The notes below the pieces were generated by a model. That model worked only from the letters and a program-made list of their open reading frames with translations. It ran no database searches and had not been told where the DNA came from. A DNA stretch of 36,441 nucleotides from an uncultured virus (IMG/VR IMGVR_UViG_3300043119_000141) (taxonomy: Duplodnaviria > Heunggongvirae > Uroviricota > Caudoviricetes): the IMG/VR virus record IMGVR_UViG_3300043119_000141. One strand, given 5' to 3'. The position numbers and the translations under genes were made by a program. Shown in pieces: positions 32,942 through 36,441 of the stretch. Positions within the stretch are counted from its first letter, which is position 1. Each line of letters begins with the position of its first letter.

Positions 32942-34066
32942 ATCGCATCACATGCACTACTCAGCGCCTCAGGATCCAAACGGTGGATGTCATGTCCCCC
33001 GAGTGCGAGACTAGAGGCCGTACTCCCCGAACCTAAACGAAAATCAGGCGCGTTTGACTTCAGCCAAGAGGGCACCACAGCCCACACCATGGCAGAGGCG
33101 AAGCTTCGCCGGCATTTCGGGCAGATGACGGCCAAGGAGTACAACGAGGCCATTGCAGAGGTCAAGGCAACGCCCTACTATGACGAAGAGTTCGAGGCGC
33201 ATGTAGACAACTACGTGCTCTACGTTCGTTCGCAGATTGGTGAGGGGGATACCCCTTACTTTGAGCAACGAGTGGACTTCAGCGAGTGGGTGCCTGACGG
33301 CTTCGGCACGGCAGACGTGGTTATTATGAGCGAGAACAAGGTTCGAGTAATCGACCTGAAATTCGGCAAGGGAGTTGCAGTGGACGCCGCGGACAACCCA
33401 CAACTGAGGCTGTATGGCCTTGGCGGTTGGTACAAGTACAAGGACACCCACCCAAACATCACCCACGTCGAATACACGATCCACCAACCCCGCAAGGACA
33501 GCATCACCACTGAAACGGTGACACTGGAGAGCTTGCAGGATTGGGCCGAGCATGTAGTCAAACCCAAAGCCAAAAAGGCATACGCCGGCCAAGGGGATTT
33601 TGTGGCAGGAGATCATTGTCAATTCTGTAGGGCCAAGTCACAGTGCCGAGCCCGTGCAGACTTTAACAATGTGGCCGCGGCGGCCGACTTCAAGGCGCCG
33701 GCACTCCTAGCAGACAGTGAGTTGGCAAAGGTACTCAAAGACGCGAGCAAGACACGCAAGTGGCTGTCCGATGTTGAAGATTACATGTTGACACAGGCTA
33801 CGGACCATGGTATTGTTCCGACAGGATACGAATTGGGGCAGTCAAGCACCAACCGTAAAATTGAGGCGCAAGAAGATGCGGCCAAAAAACTACAGAAAGC
33901 AGGATTTAGTGATATATTTACTGAACCCAGTTTAAAATCTGTGGCACAATTGGAAAAACAGGTAGGCAAGGGAAACCTCCAAGAAATTCTTGGTGATCTG
34001 ATTGTCAAGCCTGAAGGGGAGCCCAAGTTGGTTCCGTCGAAAGTGAAAGAAGAGTTTGGGTCTTGA
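32942..34066 (+). CDS. DUF2800 / Cas4-like PD-(D/E)xK exonuclease (probable ATC start)
   Basis: HALLSASGSKRWMSCPPS, EGTTAH, FGTAD, IDLKFGKG, NPQLRLY, HCQFCRAKSQC. Confidence 0.88.
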   Translation: MASHALLSASGSKRWMSCPPSARLEAVLPEPKRKSGAFDFSQEGTTAHTMAEAKLRRHFGQMTAKEYNEAIAEVKATPYYDEEFEAHVDNYVLYVRSQIGEGDTPYFEQRVDFSEWVPDGFGTADVVIMSENKVRVIDLKFGKGVAVDAADNPQLRLYGLGGWYKYKDTHPNITHVEYTIHQPRKDSITTETVTLESLQDWAEHVVKPKAKKAYAGQGDFVAGDHCQFCRAKSQCRARADFNNVAAAADFKAPALLADSELAKVLKDASKTRKWLSDVEDYMLTQATDHGIVPTGYELGQSSTNRKIEAQEDAAKKLQKAGFSDIFTEPSLKSVAQLEKQVGKGNLQEILGDLIVKPEGEPKLVPSKVKEEFGS

Positions 34067-34115
34067 GAGCCGCCTATTTTAAAGTGCTCTCGAATTAGTA
34101 AACAAGGAGGCCAAG

Positions 34116-34628
34116 ATGGCCAAGAATGAAAAAGTAGTGACCGGTAAAGTTCGTTTCTCTTACGCTAACGTGTTCAAGCCCGTTGCAAGTGAAGAGGGCA
34201 AAACGCCTAAGTACTCCGTGTCGGTGATTATCGACAAGAAGGACAAAGAAACGATCGACAAGATCAACGCGGCATTTGCAAAGGCTAAAGAGGCAAGCGC
34301 GGCATATTTTGGCGGCACAGTTCCAAAGGGCCTTAAAGGCGGCCTACGTGACGGCGACGCTGAGAAGGATGACCCAGCGTACGAAAATTCTTTTTTCATT
34401 AACGCGAACACGGTGCAAAAGCCCGGCGTTGTGGACGCCGAGTTGAACCCCATCATTGACCCAGAGGAGTTCTACTCTGGTTGCTACGGCCGAGTGTCTT
34501 TGACATTCTACGCCTACAACCAACAGGGCTCCAAGGGCATTGCCTGCGGTTTGGGCAACTTGCAAAAGTTGGAAGACGGCGAGCGTTTGGGTGGCGGATC
34601 CTCTGCCGCATCTGACTTTGCGGTCTAA
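34116..34628 (+). CDS. DUF2815 ssDNA-binding protein
   Basis: VRFSYANVFKP, KYSV, LRDGDAE, YSGCYGR, GIACGLGNLQKLEDGERLGG; AAGGAGG SD. Confidence 0.9.
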   Translation: MAKNEKVVTGKVRFSYANVFKPVASEEGKTPKYSVSVIIDKKDKETIDKINAAFAKAKEASAAYFGGTVPKGLKGGLRDGDAEKDDPAYENSFFINANTVQKPGVVDAELNPIIDPEEFYSGCYGRVSLTFYAYNQQGSKGIACGLGNLQKLEDGERLGGGSSAASDFAV

Positions 34629-34635
34629 GTAAGTT

Positions 34636-34677
34636 GGTGGTTTGTATCTTATAAGCTACAAACCACCCATTTTGTTT
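34636..34677 (+). terminator. Hairpin, possible terminator after SSB
   Basis: GGTGGTTTGTA...TACAAACCACC followed by CATTTTGTTT. Confidence 0.55.
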
Positions 34678-34696
34678 AATATACGGAACATTTATT

Positions 34697-34876
34697 ATGA
34701 TCAAACTTGAATTCTCTGTTGACGAAGTCAACCACCTCCTCGGCTTGTTGGGCCGCTTGCCTTTTGCTGACGTGAACATGACCATCATGGCCATCGTTGA
34801 CCAAGGCCGACCACAGGCAGAGGCTTTGGAAGCCGAAAAGGAAACGAACGTTTCCACAGAAGAAACAGCACAGTAA
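34697..34876 (+). CDS. 59-aa hypothetical protein (not in ORF track)
   Basis: MIKLEFSVDEVNHLLGLLGRLPFADV...; open for 60 codons. Confidence 0.7.
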   Translation: MIKLEFSVDEVNHLLGLLGRLPFADVNMTIMAIVDQGRPQAEALEAEKETNVSTEETAQ

Positions 34877-34896
34877 TTTAAAACTTGCTGTCCCGC

Positions 34897-34922
34897 GCCC
34901 ATGCTCACGTGTGGGCTTTTTT
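34897..34922 (+). terminator. Rho-independent terminator
   Basis: GCCCATGC-TCAC-GTGTGGGC-TTTTTT. Confidence 0.7.
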
Positions 34923-34941
34923 GTCTCTAAAATTTATAATC

Positions 34942-36441
34942 ATGAATCAATACCAACAATACATCCACAAAAGCAGATACGCTAAGTTCATGCCAGATCA
35001 AAATCGACGTGAGGACTGGAACGAGACTGTAGCCCGCTATGTGAACTACATTTTTGAAAAAACACCCAAGCTTGATATTGCCCTGCATCAAGACATTTTT
35101 AACGCCATCTCTGGCCATCACATCATGCCGTCAATGCGCGCCATGATGACCTCTGGAAAAGCCGCCGACCGTGACAACACCTGCGTATACAACTGCTCAT
35201 ACCTCCCCGTGGACGACGTCAAGTCGTTTGACGAAGCCATGTTCATCCTGCTCTGTGGTACGGGTGTCGGCTTCTCTGTGGAAGCTAAGTACACCAACAA
35301 ACTGCCGGACGTGCCAGAGCGCCTGTTCGAATCACAGCACGTCATCAACGTGCACGACAGTAAAGAGGGTTGGGCCAAGTCTTACCGCCTGCTGTTAGCC
35401 AACCTGTACGCCGGCGAGATCCCAAAATGGGACGTGAGCAAGGTGCGCGCCGCAGGCACGCCCCTGAAGACCTTTGGCGGCCGCGCATCCGGTCCAGAGC
35501 CATTGGTTGACCTGTTCCACTTCACAATCAAGATCTTCAAAGCCGCACAGGGCCGCAAGTTGAACACGCTTGAGTGCCACGACCTGATGTGCAAGATCGG
35601 CGAGGTTGTTGTGGTTGGTGGCGTGCGCCGCTCTGCCATGATCTCTTTGTCCGACCTGAACGACGAGCGCATCCGCCACGCCAAGTCTGGCAACTGGTGG
35701 GAGACAGCCGGCCACCGTGCGTTGGCAAACAACAGCGCGGTGTACGACGTCAAGCCAACCGTTGGCACGTTCTTGGAAGAGTGGACGTCACTGTACAACA
35801 GCCACTCCGGTGAGCGCGGTATTTTCAACCGTGAAGCCGCCAAGGCCGCTGTGGCCAAGTACGGCAAGCGTGACCCCAACTTTGAGTTCGGCACCAACCC
35901 CTGCAGTGAGATCATCTTGCGCCCGTACCAGTTCTGTAACCTGACAGAGGTGATGGTGCGTCCGGAGGACACACTGGAGAGCCTGAAGCAGAAGGTGCGC
36001 ATGGCGGCCATTTTGGGCACCATCCAAGCCACGTTCACGCACTTCCCTTACCTGCGCAAGGTCTGGCAACGCAACACCGAAGAAGAGCGTTTGTTGGGCG
36101 TGTCCTTGACCGGCATTTACGACCACAAGGTCATGAGCGATGCAAGCGGCGCGACACTGTGGTTGCCCCAGTTGCGCTTGGTCGCTGAAGAGGCCAACGC
36201 GGAGTTCGCGGACCTGCTCGGCATCCCACGCTCAACAGCTATTACAGCCGTTAAGCCTAGCGGTACAGTGAGCCAGTTGACAGACACAGCAAGCGGCATT
36301 CACCCACGCCACTCGCCTTACTACATCCGCCGCGTGCGCGGTGACATGAAGGACCCACTGTCACAGTTCTTGGTCTCTCAAGGCATCCCCAACGAGCCAT
36401 GCGTGATGAAGCCCAACAACACAATCGTGTTCAGCTTCCCA
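34942..36441 (+). CDS. nrdJ: Class II (AdoCbl-dependent) ribonucleotide reductase, 3' end outside window
   Basis: YIHKSRYA, MPSMRAMMTSG, YNCSY, GGRASGPEPL, VVGGVRRSAMISL, GTNPCSEI, FCNL, TAVKPSGTVSQL. Confidence 0.92.
   Translation, partial: MNQYQQYIHKSRYAKFMPDQNRREDWNETVARYVNYIFEKTPKLDIALHQDIFNAISGHHIMPSMRAMMTSGKAADRDNTCVYNCSYLPVDDVKSFDEAMFILLCGTGVGFSVEAKYTNKLPDVPERLFESQHVINVHDSKEGWAKSYRLLLANLYAGEIPKWDVSKVRAAGTPLKTFGGRASGPEPLVDLFHFTIKIFKAAQGRKLNTLECHDLMCKIGEVVVVGGVRRSAMISLSDLNDERIRHAKSGNWWETAGHRALANNSAVYDVKPTVGTFLEEWTSLYNSHSGERGIFNREAAKAAVAKYGKRDPNFEFGTNPCSEIILRPYQFCNLTEVMVRPEDTLESLKQKVRMAAILGTIQATFTHFPYLRKVWQRNTEEERLLGVSLTGIYDHKVMSDASGATLWLPQLRLVAEEANAEFADLLGIPRSTAITAVKPSGTVSQLTDTASGIHPRHSPYYIRRVRGDMKDPLSQFLVSQGIPNEPCVMKPNNTIVFSFP

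Noticed and set aside
32942..34066. Cas4-like gene as evidence of CRISPR-Cas
   Set aside because: DUF2800 next to DUF2815 SSB, SNF2 and VRR-NUC is a common phage replication module; no array is present.
34935..34940. TATAAT as a sigma70 -10 box for nrdJ
   Set aside because: It lies only 1 nt before the ATG, too close even for a leaderless transcript, and has no convincing -35.

Overview
About 36 kb of a tailed dsDNA phage genome (Caudoviricetes; the host is probably a proteobacterium, by inference) with two divergent arms. The left arm (- strand, 1-13947) is the late module: an intein-derived Hint/LAGLIDADG-like ORF, large terminase, a 550-aa protein, portal, GroES, probable scaffold, Mu-gpT-like major capsid, an HNH insertion, small virion proteins and a collagen-repeat fibre. 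A non-coding control region (~13950-14800) holds a long palindrome around a poly-A tract, five sigma54 (-24/-12) sites and several short palindromes. The right arm (+ strand) begins with early genes punctuated by seven copies of a 24-bp invariant element, four of them preceded by a conserved hairpin. A second, loop-inverted copy of the long palindrome follows, next to a DnaA box. Then come many small ORFs, a sigma70-family factor lacking region 4, an NrS-1-like primase-polymerase/SF3 helicase, VRR-NUC, SNF2 helicase, a stand-alone sigma-region-4-like protein, endonucleases, an Acb2/Tad1-like protein, a displaced probable small terminase, DUF2800 nuclease, DUF2815 SSB and a class II ribonucleotide reductase. 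Best leads: (i) a possible split sigma factor with a bipartite late promoter GGGCG-N16-TGKGTDMTT-N3-TATA; (ii) flip/flop palindromic elements bracketing the early region; (iii) the sigma54-site array; (iv) a splicing-dead, free-standing intein upstream of terL; (v) a covarying pseudoknot leader shared by two unrelated endonuclease genes. All protein family calls come from motif recognition by eye; no searches were run.
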